From Coraliomargarita sp. (GTDB taxonomy: Bacteria; Verrucomicrobiota; Verrucomicrobiia; Opitutales; Coraliomargaritaceae): 64,000 nucleotides of DNA. Below the pieces are notes generated by a model. It saw only the letters and a list, made by a program, of their open reading frames with translations, made no database searches and was not told where the DNA came from. Both the position numbers and the translations under genes were made by a program. Below are positions 22,995 to 32,991 of this stretch, piece after piece. The first letter of the stretch is position 1, and each line of letters opens with the position of its first letter. The DNA lies in NCBI GenBank assembly GCA_965216325.1, contig OZ244160.1:384001-448000 (forward strand), in the 5' to 3' direction.

Positions 22995-24515
22995 ATGAAA
23001 ACTTCTCATCACTGCGTCATCTCGACCTGGCTTGCATCCACTATTTGGGTCTGTGGTGTTAGCTTCGCTGAAACGAACATGGAGGGCGTGCCTAACATCG
23101 CAACAGTGCCTTCTCCCAATATCATTGTTATCGTAGCTGATGATATGGGGTGGGGGGACACTGGCTATAACGGCAATCAAATACAGCAGACCCCAGCTCT
23201 GGACCAAATGGCCCAGGAAGGCATCCGGTTCGACCGCTTTTACGCCGCGAGCACAGTCTGTGCTCCGACCAGGGCCTCGATTATGACTGGGCAGAACGGT
23301 GCGCGCTTGGGGATTTGGCACTGGGGAAGCTCACATGTACAAGACCGCGATATCCTGATCTCACGTACGCTAAAAGAAAAAGGCTATATCACGGGGCATT
23401 TCGGAAAATGGCATCTGGGCCTGCTCGATGAAGCGGGCACACACGACTATACCAGTGGGCCGCGCACCCATGAAAAAGACTTCAGCCCGCCATGGCGGAA
23501 CGGGTTTGACATCTGTTTTAGCACCGAGAACGTCACCCCGACGTGGGATCCTATGATACTCCCGGATCAGGGGAAGTGGGGGGATCCCAGACGCGAGGCG
23601 ACTGGGCTTTGGGGTAATAACTACTGGAATGAGAAAGGTGAGATGATTGATCATGACGATAATCTCTCAGGCGACGACAGTCGAGTGATCATGGATCGCG
23701 TGATCCCCTTCGTGGAAGCACAATCCAAAACACCTAGCCCTTTCTTTGCCTATATCTGCTTTCATACGCCTCACACTCCAACCGTCAGTGGCGGCAAATA
23801 TCTAGAAATGTATGAAGGCCATGAAGGGCGCCACCATTATGGTGCCATTACTGCGATGGACGAGCAAATCGGACGTTTGCGCCAGACCTTACATGAACTA
23901 GGTGTCGAGAAGAATACCCTGATCTGGTTTGTTTCAGATAATGGAGCCGCTAAAAACAATAGCAAACACTTTGGTGAATACGGCGGTTTCGGATCAAATG
24001 GACCATACCGTGGATGGAAATGTTCGTTATACGAAGGAGGAATACGAGTGCCGTCAATCTTAGTGTATCCGAAGCGTTTCAAGCAACCTTCTGTGGTAAA
24101 AATGCCGTGTGTAACGTCGGATATGTTCCCTACAATAGCGACAATTCTCGGCGATTCGCAAACGCCACGCAGTCAACCCCAGGACGGCATAGATATACTG
24201 CCCGCAATAGATGGGACAATGAATTACCGGAAAGAACCGATCGGGTTTGCCTATGAAAAGAAAGCTGTCTGGATGACCCAGCAGTATAAACTTGTTGTCG
24301 CTCCCGGTAATAATACCGACCTCACTGAGCTGTACGATCTGAAGAACGACCCCTATGAAACAACTGACCTTGCCGGTAAATATCCTAAAAAAGTATCGCA
24401 GATGAAAAATGAACTCACCAAGTGGATACAATCCTGCAACCGCAGCAGCGGCACCCGCTACAAACACCTGTCATTGCCAAAAGATCCTCAGATAGGGGGA
24501 GACAATAACTTATGA
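22995..24515 (+). CDS. S1 (formylglycine-dependent) sulfatase
   Basis: PNIIVIVADDMG, CAPTRASIMTG, GKWHLG, VSDNGA, YEGGIRVP; ATG 22995 preferred because it follows a GGAGG RBS. Confidence 0.95.
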   Translation: MKTSHHCVISTWLASTIWVCGVSFAETNMEGVPNIATVPSPNIIVIVADDMGWGDTGYNGNQIQQTPALDQMAQEGIRFDRFYAASTVCAPTRASIMTGQNGARLGIWHWGSSHVQDRDILISRTLKEKGYITGHFGKWHLGLLDEAGTHDYTSGPRTHEKDFSPPWRNGFDICFSTENVTPTWDPMILPDQGKWGDPRREATGLWGNNYWNEKGEMIDHDDNLSGDDSRVIMDRVIPFVEAQSKTPSPFFAYICFHTPHTPTVSGGKYLEMYEGHEGRHHYGAITAMDEQIGRLRQTLHELGVEKNTLIWFVSDNGAAKNNSKHFGEYGGFGSNGPYRGWKCSLYEGGIRVPSILVYPKRFKQPSVVKMPCVTSDMFPTIATILGDSQTPRSQPQDGIDILPAIDGTMNYRKEPIGFAYEKKAVWMTQQYKLVVAPGNNTDLTELYDLKNDPYETTDLAGKYPKKVSQMKNELTKWIQSCNRSSGTRYKHLSLPKDPQIGGDNNL

Positions 24516-27500
24516 AAAACATATTTTATCAGGTGTGCCTCGCCACGCTTCTCTTGCTAGTCGTCACCGCTACGGCGGCTGACAATAAAATGGAGGAAGC
24601 TTCAAAAGAGAATCAGTTTCAGGTAGTAAGCTCAAATCTTTTACAAGAATACGTGAAGCGTTTTAACGCAGATGATGAGGAGCTCTACTCGAACATCAAA
24701 AACAAGGATGCCTTTGAATACCTTAACAACAATATTCCGCTGTTTGAATGCCCGGATGAGGATTTTCAGCGCAACTGGTATTTCCGCTGGTGGACCTTTC
24801 GTAAGCATATAAAGTCTACACCGGATGGTTATGTTGTCACCGAATTTCTACCCAAAGTACCTTGGTCGGGAAAATATAACACAATCAGTTGTCCGGCGGG
24901 GCATCAATACTATGAAGGTCGCTGGCTTCATGACACCAAAATCCTGGATGACTACTCATCATTCTGGTTGCGCAAGGGCGGAGAGCCGCGACGCTACAGT
25001 TTCTGGATCGCCGACTCATTTTATAAGCGTCACCTTGTGACTCCGAACAAGGACTTTATTATCGGTTTTCTGGATGATTTAATTAAAAATTATCAGGCAT
25101 GGGAAAAATCTCATAAAAAAGGCAACGTGCTATTTGCTCAATCCGCAGACAGAGATGGCATGGAAATGGCAATTGGCGGCGACGGGTTCAGACCGACGAT
25201 CAACTCCTATATGTACGGTGATGCTCTAGCTATTGCTGAAATTGCCAAGCTTGCTGGCAAAACTGATATCTCACAAGAATACAAGGCTAAAGCTTTAGAG
25301 ATTAAGCATGAAGTTCAGGCGAAACTCTGGGATAATGACGCAAAGTTCTTTAAAGTTCTGCGACCTCATAAAAATCAATTAGAAAAAGTTCGTGAGCTTC
25401 ACGGCTACACTCCGTGGTACTTCAATCTGCCGGACAAAAACAAGGGCTACGAAACGGCTTGGGAGCAACTGATGGATGCCAAGGGATTTTACGCACCCTA
25501 TGGTCCAACCAGCGCAGAGCAACGTCATCCTGGATTTCAAATATCCTACAGGGGTCATGAATGTCAGTGGAATGGACCGTCATGGCCATTTGCAACATCT
25601 CAAACTTTAACAGCTCTCGCCAACGTGCTGAATCATTACCCGCAGAATGTAGTATCTAAAGAGGACTACTTCGAAACCTTGAAGATCTACACCAAAAGCC
25701 ACCAATTTAAGCGAGAAGACGGAGAGGTGGTTTCGTGGATTGACGAGAACCTGAATCCATACACAGGTGATTGGATCTCCAGAACAAGGTTAAAGCAATG
25801 GAACAACGGAACCTGGGATAAAGGCAAAGGTGGCAAGGAACGCGGCAAGGATTATAATCACTCTACTTATAATGACTTGATCATCACTGGATTGGTGGGG
25901 CTGCGCCCCCGTGCTGACAATGTGATAGAAGTAAATCCCTTGCTGCCAGAGAATACCTGGGACTATTTTTGTTTGGATAATGTCCGCTATCACGACCGAA
26001 TCCTCACGATCATCTGGGATAAGACCGGAGAGAAGTATGGCAAAGGAAAAGGACTTTCCGTATATGCAAACGGTGAAAAGATCGCGGCAGCCCCAACCCT
26101 GACAAAGCTTACGGGAACGCTTGACGGTATCGCGCCTATTCCCTACGCGCAAAGAGCTCCTATTGCCACGGATGACTCCACTCATTTGAAAGTGCTGGCG
26201 GTAAGAGCTTCGCATACAAACCCAAGTGACACGACAAGCGGTCTGATCCAAAACAGTATCCCCTATGGCTCAGGTGACGAGAGCATCAAACGATGGACCT
26301 CATGGCCGCAGACAGGCAAAAGCCAGTGGGTAGAGTTGGATCTCGGCGACAAAGCATCGGTTAAATCGCTCGGGGTATTCTGGTTTCAGGACAATGCTGG
26401 TGTCAAAGTTCCTGCGTCGTGGCATGTCGAAGCTTCTGATGATCAGGCCGGCCCATGGGTTAAAGTGCCCTCGACTGGTGGTGACTTCGGCGTCAAGCTG
26501 GATGTCTATAATACCGTTCAATTCGGAGGAACACTAAAGTATCGCTATGTGCGCATCGTCATGAAACCCACCAAGGGTAAAGCACTCGGGATTCTATCAA
26601 TAGATGTTACGGGAACGCCTGACGGTACTGCGGTTATTCCATACTTGCAAAAAAAAACTGTTGCCGCGGATCGACCTAACATCGTCATCATTCTCGCTGA
26701 TGATGCGGGATTCTCGGATCTCGGCTGTTTCGGTGGAGAGATAGAGACCCCCAACCTTGACTCCCTGGCGGCCAACGGACTTCGCTTCACCGAGTTTTAT
26801 AACTCGGCACGCTGTTGGCCGACACGAGCTAACCTCATGACCGGACGTTATGACAATTTTCTCAATAAAAACAGTATCACCATACCTCAGGTTCTTAAGA
26901 CAGCAGGATATAATACGGCCATGGTTGGAAAATGGCACCTCGGGGGGCATACATTTGATCCAAACGGTCCGAACGCTCCGATTAATCGGGGGTTCGATGA
27001 CTTTTACGGCACCCTGCATGGAGCTGGCTCCTACTATGATCCAATGACTCTGACTCGCAATAGAAAGAGCATTGAGCCCGATAATGAGAGTTTCTACTAC
27101 ACCGACAAGATCGGCGAGGAGGCTGTTCGCCAGATAAAAGCTCTGGCCAAGGCAGAGAAACCCTTCTTCCAATACGTTGCCTTCACTGCACCACATTGGC
27201 CCATTCACGCTCCGGAAAAAACCATTCAGAAGTATATCAAACGATACGAGGGTGGCTGGGAGAAACTGCGCCAAGACAGGTATGCGCGCATGCTCAAGAT
27301 GGGGATCATCGATGAAAAGCGCTTCCCTCTGCCGCCGATGGAGCCGAACGTCAAACCATGGAATGAGGTGGATCATAAACCCTGGCGTATCCGCAACATG
27401 GCAGTCTACGCCGCAATGGTTGACCATATGGACCAGGCTATCGGCCGAATCATTGATGCTCTGAAAAGCTCCGGACAGTTTGACAACACACTCATCTTCT

Positions 27501-28636
27501 ATGCTTCCGACAACGGTGCCTGTCCTGAAGTACTTCACGGAAAAGGCTGGGGTACTGCCGACAACATCCTGGCTAAGGCCAAACAACAGGGCAAAAAAGT
27601 TGCCGTGGGTAATGTTTACAGTGTCCCGATGGGGGGACCGTTGACCTACGGCAGTGTGGGGCCGAATTGGGCCTGCGCCCAGAACACTCCGATGCGCCGT
27701 TACAAGAAGAACGTCCACAATGGCGGCGCATGCACACCCGCAATCATGCACTGGCCCGTCGGTCTAAAGACGGAACCTGGCTCCATCTCCCGGCAAAGGG
27801 GGCATGTGGTCGACTTGATGGCTACCTGCCTTGAGCTTGCAGACGCCAAGTATCCCGAAACGCTTAACGGAATTCCCCTCAAGCCGCACGCAAGCCTCTC
27901 TCTGGTTCCTGCCATCGTCGGCAAGGACCTGCCGCGGGATCATGCTTATTTCTTTAATCACGAGGGCACGCACGCCGTTGTAAAAGGCAATTACAAGATT
28001 GTTCGCGAACCCAATAGCGCCTGGGAGCTCTATGACCTGTCTGAAAACCGAACCGAGACCAAGAATATTGCGCAGAAACACCCTGAAGTTGTCAGTGAAC
28101 TCTCCAAGCTATGGGAACGCTGGTCCAAGGGGAAAAAAACTCCCGTTGCCGCGGCTAACCGGGACGTGCAAAAAGCTCCTGCTGCCGCGGATAAATCCAC
28201 TCATTTGAAAGTGGTGGCGGTAAGAGCTTCGCATACAAACACAAGTGACACGACAAGCGGTCTGATCCAAAACAGTACCCCCTATGGATCAGGTGACGAG
28301 AGCATCAAGCGATGGACCTCATGGCCGCAGACAGGCAAAAGCCAGTGGGTAGAGTTGGATCTCGGCGACAAAGCATCGGTTAAATCGCTCGGGGTATTCT
28401 GGTTTCAGGACAATGCTGGTGTCAAAGTTCCTGCGTCGTGGCATGTCGAAGCTTCTGATGATCAGGCCGGCCCATGGGTTAAAGTGCCCTCCTCTGATGG
28501 TAAGTTCGGCGTCAAGCTGGATGTCTATAATACCGTTCAGTTCGGAGGAACACTAAAGTATCGCTATGTGCGCATCGTTATGACACCAACTGAGGGTAAA
28601 GCACTCGGAATTCTATCAATAAAAATAAAGGAGTAG
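24512..28636 (+). CDS. Fusion: MGH1/GH63-like glycoside hydrolase + discoidin-like domain + S1 sulfatase + duplicated discoidin-like domain
   Basis: N-terminal YFRWW, DRDGME, RPTINSY, CQWNGPSWPF, DYNHSTY; central RPNIVIILADD, CWPTRANLMTG, GKWHLG; two copies of VRASHT...QWVELDLG...LGILSI. Confidence 0.88.
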   Translation: MKNIFYQVCLATLLLLVVTATAADNKMEEASKENQFQVVSSNLLQEYVKRFNADDEELYSNIKNKDAFEYLNNNIPLFECPDEDFQRNWYFRWWTFRKHIKSTPDGYVVTEFLPKVPWSGKYNTISCPAGHQYYEGRWLHDTKILDDYSSFWLRKGGEPRRYSFWIADSFYKRHLVTPNKDFIIGFLDDLIKNYQAWEKSHKKGNVLFAQSADRDGMEMAIGGDGFRPTINSYMYGDALAIAEIAKLAGKTDISQEYKAKALEIKHEVQAKLWDNDAKFFKVLRPHKNQLEKVRELHGYTPWYFNLPDKNKGYETAWEQLMDAKGFYAPYGPTSAEQRHPGFQISYRGHECQWNGPSWPFATSQTLTALANVLNHYPQNVVSKEDYFETLKIYTKSHQFKREDGEVVSWIDENLNPYTGDWISRTRLKQWNNGTWDKGKGGKERGKDYNHSTYNDLIITGLVGLRPRADNVIEVNPLLPENTWDYFCLDNVRYHDRILTIIWDKTGEKYGKGKGLSVYANGEKIAAAPTLTKLTGTLDGIAPIPYAQRAPIATDDSTHLKVLAVRASHTNPSDTTSGLIQNSIPYGSGDESIKRWTSWPQTGKSQWVELDLGDKASVKSLGVFWFQDNAGVKVPASWHVEASDDQAGPWVKVPSTGGDFGVKLDVYNTVQFGGTLKYRYVRIVMKPTKGKALGILSIDVTGTPDGTAVIPYLQKKTVAADRPNIVIILADDAGFSDLGCFGGEIETPNLDSLAANGLRFTEFYNSARCWPTRANLMTGRYDNFLNKNSITIPQVLKTAGYNTAMVGKWHLGGHTFDPNGPNAPINRGFDDFYGTLHGAGSYYDPMTLTRNRKSIEPDNESFYYTDKIGEEAVRQIKALAKAEKPFFQYVAFTAPHWPIHAPEKTIQKYIKRYEGGWEKLRQDRYARMLKMGIIDEKRFPLPPMEPNVKPWNEVDHKPWRIRNMAVYAAMVDHMDQAIGRIIDALKSSGQFDNTLIFYASDNGACPEVLHGKGWGTADNILAKAKQQGKKVAVGNVYSVPMGGPLTYGSVGPNWACAQNTPMRRYKKNVHNGGACTPAIMHWPVGLKTEPGSISRQRGHVVDLMATCLELADAKYPETLNGIPLKPHASLSLVPAIVGKDLPRDHAYFFNHEGTHAVVKGNYKIVREPNSAWELYDLSENRTETKNIAQKHPEVVSELSKLWERWSKGKKTPVAAANRDVQKAPAAADKSTHLKVVAVRASHTNTSDTTSGLIQNSTPYGSGDESIKRWTSWPQTGKSQWVELDLGDKASVKSLGVFWFQDNAGVKVPASWHVEASDDQAGPWVKVPSSDGKFGVKLDVYNTVQFGGTLKYRYVRIVMTPTEGKALGILSIKIKE
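26177..26602 (+). repeat. 426-bp intragenic domain repeat, copy 1
   Basis: Near-identical to 28196-28621 at offset 2019. Confidence 0.95.
28196..28621 (+). repeat. 426-bp intragenic domain repeat, copy 2
   Basis: Near-identical to 26177-26602. Confidence 0.95.
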
Positions 28637-28638
28637 AG

Positions 28639-29772
28639 ATGAAACGGTTTATAGCATTAGCAATGGCTGGAGTACTTGTTACAGGGTGCACCACGACAAA
28701 ACAGAGTGGTAGTTTAAAACTGAACAAGGCAGAGTTTGTAAAAACTATCGACGGCAAGAAGACAAATCTGTATATACTGAAAAACAGCAACGGCGTAGAA
28801 GTTGCTGTAACCAACTACGGAGCCCGTACAGTCGGTATATCTGTTCCCGATAAAAATGGTCAATTCGAGGATGTTATCAGCGGTTTTAATACCCTCGATG
28901 AATACATCAACTGCCCGGAGCCTTTTCACGGTCCCATAGTAGGTCGTGTAGGCAACCGTATTGCCCGAGGTAAATTCAAGCTAGACGGCAAAGAATACAA
29001 TGTGTCGATCAACAACGGGCCAAATCATCTGCACGGCGGCCTCAAAGGGTTCCACCATCGTGTCTGGGATGTAAAAAGTGTGAGCGATAAGGCAATCGCC
29101 CTGCACTACCTGTCAAAAGATGGTGAGATGGGCTATCCCGGTAACCTCAGCGTCGATGTACGCTACGCCCTCAACGATAAAAATGAATTGTCCATATCCT
29201 ATAAAGCAACAACGGATAAGAAAACAGTCGTCAACCTGACCTGGCACCCCTTCTTCAATCTTGCAGGAGAAGGGACGACCATCAATGATCACATCATGGA
29301 AATCAATGCCGATGCCTATACTCCGGTTGATGAAACTCTGATTCCTTTCGGGGAAAATGTGACCGTGAAAAATACTCCTTTCGATTTTCGCAAACCAAAG
29401 GCCATCGGCCGTGACCTGGATCAGCAGAAAAACAACACACAGCTCCAACACGGTGCCGGGTATGATCATAACTGGGTACTTAAGCGCCCTGATGACAAGT
29501 CTATGGCATTTGCCGCACGTATAACGGAACCACAAAGCGGACGAGTTATGGAGATCTACACTCAGGAACCTGGACTCCAGTTTTACGGAGGAAACTTTTT
29601 CGATGGAAAGACGAATGGTAAAAACGGAAAGCCGCAGATCCATCGCGGAGCAATGGCACTTGAAACACAAAAGTTCCCCGATGCACCGAATCAGCCGAAT
29701 TTTCCGTCAGTCGTTTTGAAACCGGGCGAAGTATACGAAACCAGCTCTATCTATCGCTTTTCGGTTAGGTAG
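28639..29772 (+). CDS. galM: Aldose 1-epimerase (mutarotase), lipoprotein
   Basis: LVTGC lipobox; GRVGNRIA, NHLHGG, GYPGNL, NLTWHPFFNL, GYDHNW, PGLQFYGGNF, ALETQKFPD. Confidence 0.95.
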   Translation: MKRFIALAMAGVLVTGCTTTKQSGSLKLNKAEFVKTIDGKKTNLYILKNSNGVEVAVTNYGARTVGISVPDKNGQFEDVISGFNTLDEYINCPEPFHGPIVGRVGNRIARGKFKLDGKEYNVSINNGPNHLHGGLKGFHHRVWDVKSVSDKAIALHYLSKDGEMGYPGNLSVDVRYALNDKNELSISYKATTDKKTVVNLTWHPFFNLAGEGTTINDHIMEINADAYTPVDETLIPFGENVTVKNTPFDFRKPKAIGRDLDQQKNNTQLQHGAGYDHNWVLKRPDDKSMAFAARITEPQSGRVMEIYTQEPGLQFYGGNFFDGKTNGKNGKPQIHRGAMALETQKFPDAPNQPNFPSVVLKPGEVYETSSIYRFSVR

Positions 29773-29897
29773 TCCCAGAGAAATTAACAAGAGCAGAATA
29801 AGACCCCAGTCAAATCCGGCTTAACTCTTGAGGCAAAGCCGTTACAATTAGCTTCAGCCCACCTCGCCCCAAAAATGAAATATCGCTCATAAATAAT

Positions 29898-32800
29898 ATG
29901 CTGAAAAGACTAACAGTCTTCACCCTGGCCTTGTTATGTGTCATCCGATTTTGCGCAGGTGCAATCAGCTTCGGAAACGAAAACTTAACGTTTTCGATCA
30001 CTGATGATGGATTGGTTCAGAGTGTTACCAGTAATGGAGAACATGTAAAGGGGGCACACGAAAGGTTAGGTCCTCTTTTTAAGGTCACGCTTTTAGAGAA
30101 TGTCTTTGGTCTAGATGAAGGCCGACGCAGGGAGGTCGGTCTACGCCCCATTTCTCAGGACAACCAGTTGATCACTCTGGCGCCAGAGAGAGGAGAACTC
30201 CCCCAGTTTACCTTCACGACCATTGATAAGGGGTCCTACTTTGTCCTCAAGCTGGTTTCCATGAGAAACCCTAAGGATGAACACGCTATTCAGCTAAAGA
30301 TGGGGAGGGTCAGCGGCACGGATTGGTTACCTCTTGATGACGTGACTAAGAAGACCTATCGTCGGGGAAACGAACCGCATTTCTTTGGTGTGTTACAGCG
30401 GTCTCCCAGTCTCCCCTTAGGGAGTATTGCGATGTGGGCGAATGGCGGGGATCACGATGAGAGGCTTTACCAGATTTGGACGACAGAAGACATACCACAT
30501 CCAAAGGTTGATGGTGAGTGGACTGTTGAACGAGCCAAGCAATGGAATGCGGAGTATGCCCGCGATGTTCGCAATGGTTATAAGAATATGATGATCATTG
30601 GTCCCCGTAAACCAGAGGATTTAAGGCCGCTGGTGGATATCGGTGAGAAATTTGGCATGAAGCAAATATACATGCACCTGAATACTTGGGGGGGTAGATA
30701 CTGGGCTTCGGATCGGGACAACCTAGACGTGAATAGGAACATCTTTCCTACGGGGACTGACGGGATGATCGATTTCGCTAACTATCTTGATCGCAAAGGG
30801 ATGCAGTTAACATTCAGGACAGTCAGTTACGCGCTGGGTGCGAAACACCCGGACTATCTTTCGGAAAAAAGGATCGATCCCCGGTTGGCTTCATGGTGGC
30901 AGGGGACTTTAGCGGAAGATGTGGATGCCCAGGCAACACAAATCAAGGTAGCTGAGGGGAGGGAGCATTTTACTCACTATAACGCAAACCGACGCTGGAA
31001 AGAGATCTTTGGCATGCGTTGTATGCAAATTGGCAATGAATTGATCACTTTCAAAGAGTATGCCAACAATGGTGATGGCACGTGGACTCTGAAGGGGTGC
31101 AAGCGCGGATTTGGTAGAACTGAAGCGAGCGCTCACCAGGGAGGTGTCATCGCGAAGGGGCTATACCGTATTTATGGGATCGCCTTTGCTCCGGATCCGG
31201 ATAGCAGCATGATGCATGAAATGGCGAAACGCTTTGGTGAATTTCATAATGAGGTGCATGCGGGAATCGTCAATTTTGATGCCATGGAAGTACAGGAAAT
31301 GATGTACTACTATGGTGACACGAAGTTTACCGGAGAGGTGTATCGTCACATCGACCACCCAGTGAATGGCAGTACGTCTGGACCTGCGCTGACCTGGGGA
31401 TATTATGAGCCGTTGTTTCATTCCGTGCGTAACAGCGGAGTGCAAAGCGATGTGGCAATACCGAAGACGATTCCTGCTGCCCGTGATATGAAGATTGGAC
31501 TGCACCAGAGCCATTGGTCCGCTAGTAGTCCTTACGCGTATGTGTGGGCGATTCCTGGTAATGCGGCAGCTGGTAGGGGGATTGACTTAAGTGCACAGGC
31601 GGGGTTTCATGATGTCACTATGGAGATGGTCAATCAACACGGACTGATTGATTATTACGCAAACGTCTTTCAGCAATGGAGTCAGTATGGCTCACAACTG
31701 CCAAAAGCAATAAAGCAGCGCATCTTCTCATCATTTATTCCCCATGGCCGTTATAGTCTGATTGATGAAGTGTTTCGATTTGAGGGGGAAGGAGATAACC
31801 TCAGTGTCGTGCCCTTTAGAGTCATGAAACGAGAGGGTGTTGATCGGGGGTGGACCTATCACCAAGAGCACGGCACAGTATATCCATACCAATACATTCG
31901 TCCTCGCAGTAATTCATTTTCTGGCAGCATCTTAAAGGTTAAGAACCCCTATAAAGCTCAGGTCCCAGAATTCATTATTCGCGTGATGCCTGACTTTAAT
32001 CGTGATATCACGACAGCTCGATCGACATCGAAGCGAGAGAGTCCACGCGACAAGGCATTCAACGATATGTTGGACAAGTTTCAGGCTGCCTCTGGAATCA
32101 CAATCGAGGAGCAGTCGGCTGACGAGATGAACGGGAGGCAGATCAGCTACAGGATTATGCCGGATCCCGATAAAGTAAATAACAAGCAGGGGCCGAATCG
32201 TTTTGTCGCAGTGGAACGGGGCGTCGGAATCGTCTGTACCAATGAGACTGATAAGCCACTTGCGCTTGTTCATGGCAACGGCAACAGCCTGCCATCCTAT
32301 CGAGTCAAGACCGACATTACCAAGGCTGGAGGATTGGGGCTGGTGGTTACTGGTGACGGCAGCGGCGCAATTCTTGTGGTGCGCATTGGCGGGCAGGGGA
32401 CGCGTGATTATGTCGTCCATCTTGATTTTAAAGGGAGGCGGTACATTGAAATTCCCAGTCCACAAGTGTCATGGGCGGATGCACGTTGGCCATTCTTTAA
32501 CGCGTATAAGCGCTGGAGAGGGAATGGCATTCGTACCATTTCGCTCGGAATCGACAGGGTAAAACCCAATAGCCAAGCGTCGGTACTGCTTGAAGACCTC
32601 AGGTTTCTGCCGGAGAAACCCTCCGCTTTGAACAATCCTCGTATTAATGTTGGCGAAGGCAGCCTTTCGATCCACGGGAGGATCCCTTCCGGGCACTACC
32701 TCTGGTATCAAGGAGGTGATCAAGTTGGCGTCTACGACTTAAACTGGAATAAGCTCACAGATTTGCCTGTAACGCTTCATGGCGCGACTGCGGCATCGGG

Positions 32801-32942
32801 CGACACTGCCATTTCTGTGACGAATTTTAATCCAGAGGGTGATCCATGGCTTGAAGTGCAGTTCTTTGCCAAGGATACGCCTTTGCCGGTGGCATCATAT
32901 TCAGGGGCAAAGACGAAACAGCAGCCTCTGACCACATTATAG
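29898..32942 (+). CDS. Large secreted protein of an unassigned GH-like family (paralogue 2)
   Basis: Signal peptide; PHPKVDGEWTVER, YMHLNTWGGRYW, MQIGNELI, NFDAMEVQE, GDGSGAILVV. Confidence 0.75.
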   Translation: MLKRLTVFTLALLCVIRFCAGAISFGNENLTFSITDDGLVQSVTSNGEHVKGAHERLGPLFKVTLLENVFGLDEGRRREVGLRPISQDNQLITLAPERGELPQFTFTTIDKGSYFVLKLVSMRNPKDEHAIQLKMGRVSGTDWLPLDDVTKKTYRRGNEPHFFGVLQRSPSLPLGSIAMWANGGDHDERLYQIWTTEDIPHPKVDGEWTVERAKQWNAEYARDVRNGYKNMMIIGPRKPEDLRPLVDIGEKFGMKQIYMHLNTWGGRYWASDRDNLDVNRNIFPTGTDGMIDFANYLDRKGMQLTFRTVSYALGAKHPDYLSEKRIDPRLASWWQGTLAEDVDAQATQIKVAEGREHFTHYNANRRWKEIFGMRCMQIGNELITFKEYANNGDGTWTLKGCKRGFGRTEASAHQGGVIAKGLYRIYGIAFAPDPDSSMMHEMAKRFGEFHNEVHAGIVNFDAMEVQEMMYYYGDTKFTGEVYRHIDHPVNGSTSGPALTWGYYEPLFHSVRNSGVQSDVAIPKTIPAARDMKIGLHQSHWSASSPYAYVWAIPGNAAAGRGIDLSAQAGFHDVTMEMVNQHGLIDYYANVFQQWSQYGSQLPKAIKQRIFSSFIPHGRYSLIDEVFRFEGEGDNLSVVPFRVMKREGVDRGWTYHQEHGTVYPYQYIRPRSNSFSGSILKVKNPYKAQVPEFIIRVMPDFNRDITTARSTSKRESPRDKAFNDMLDKFQAASGITIEEQSADEMNGRQISYRIMPDPDKVNNKQGPNRFVAVERGVGIVCTNETDKPLALVHGNGNSLPSYRVKTDITKAGGLGLVVTGDGSGAILVVRIGGQGTRDYVVHLDFKGRRYIEIPSPQVSWADARWPFFNAYKRWRGNGIRTISLGIDRVKPNSQASVLLEDLRFLPEKPSALNNPRINVGEGSLSIHGRIPSGHYLWYQGGDQVGVYDLNWNKLTDLPVTLHGATAASGDTAISVTNFNPEGDPWLEVQFFAKDTPLPVASYSGAKTKQQPLTTL

Positions 32943-32991
32943 ACAATTGATACATGACCAAAATCTAACGTTTTTCGAAAAGTTTCTAAAA

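Noticed and set aside
26177..28621. Diversity-generating retroelement TR/VR pair (also considered for 48576/50966 and 18387/21428)
   Set aside because: Mismatches are not adenine-specific (C/G, T/C and C/A all seen), the repeats are too long, and no reverse transcriptase is present.
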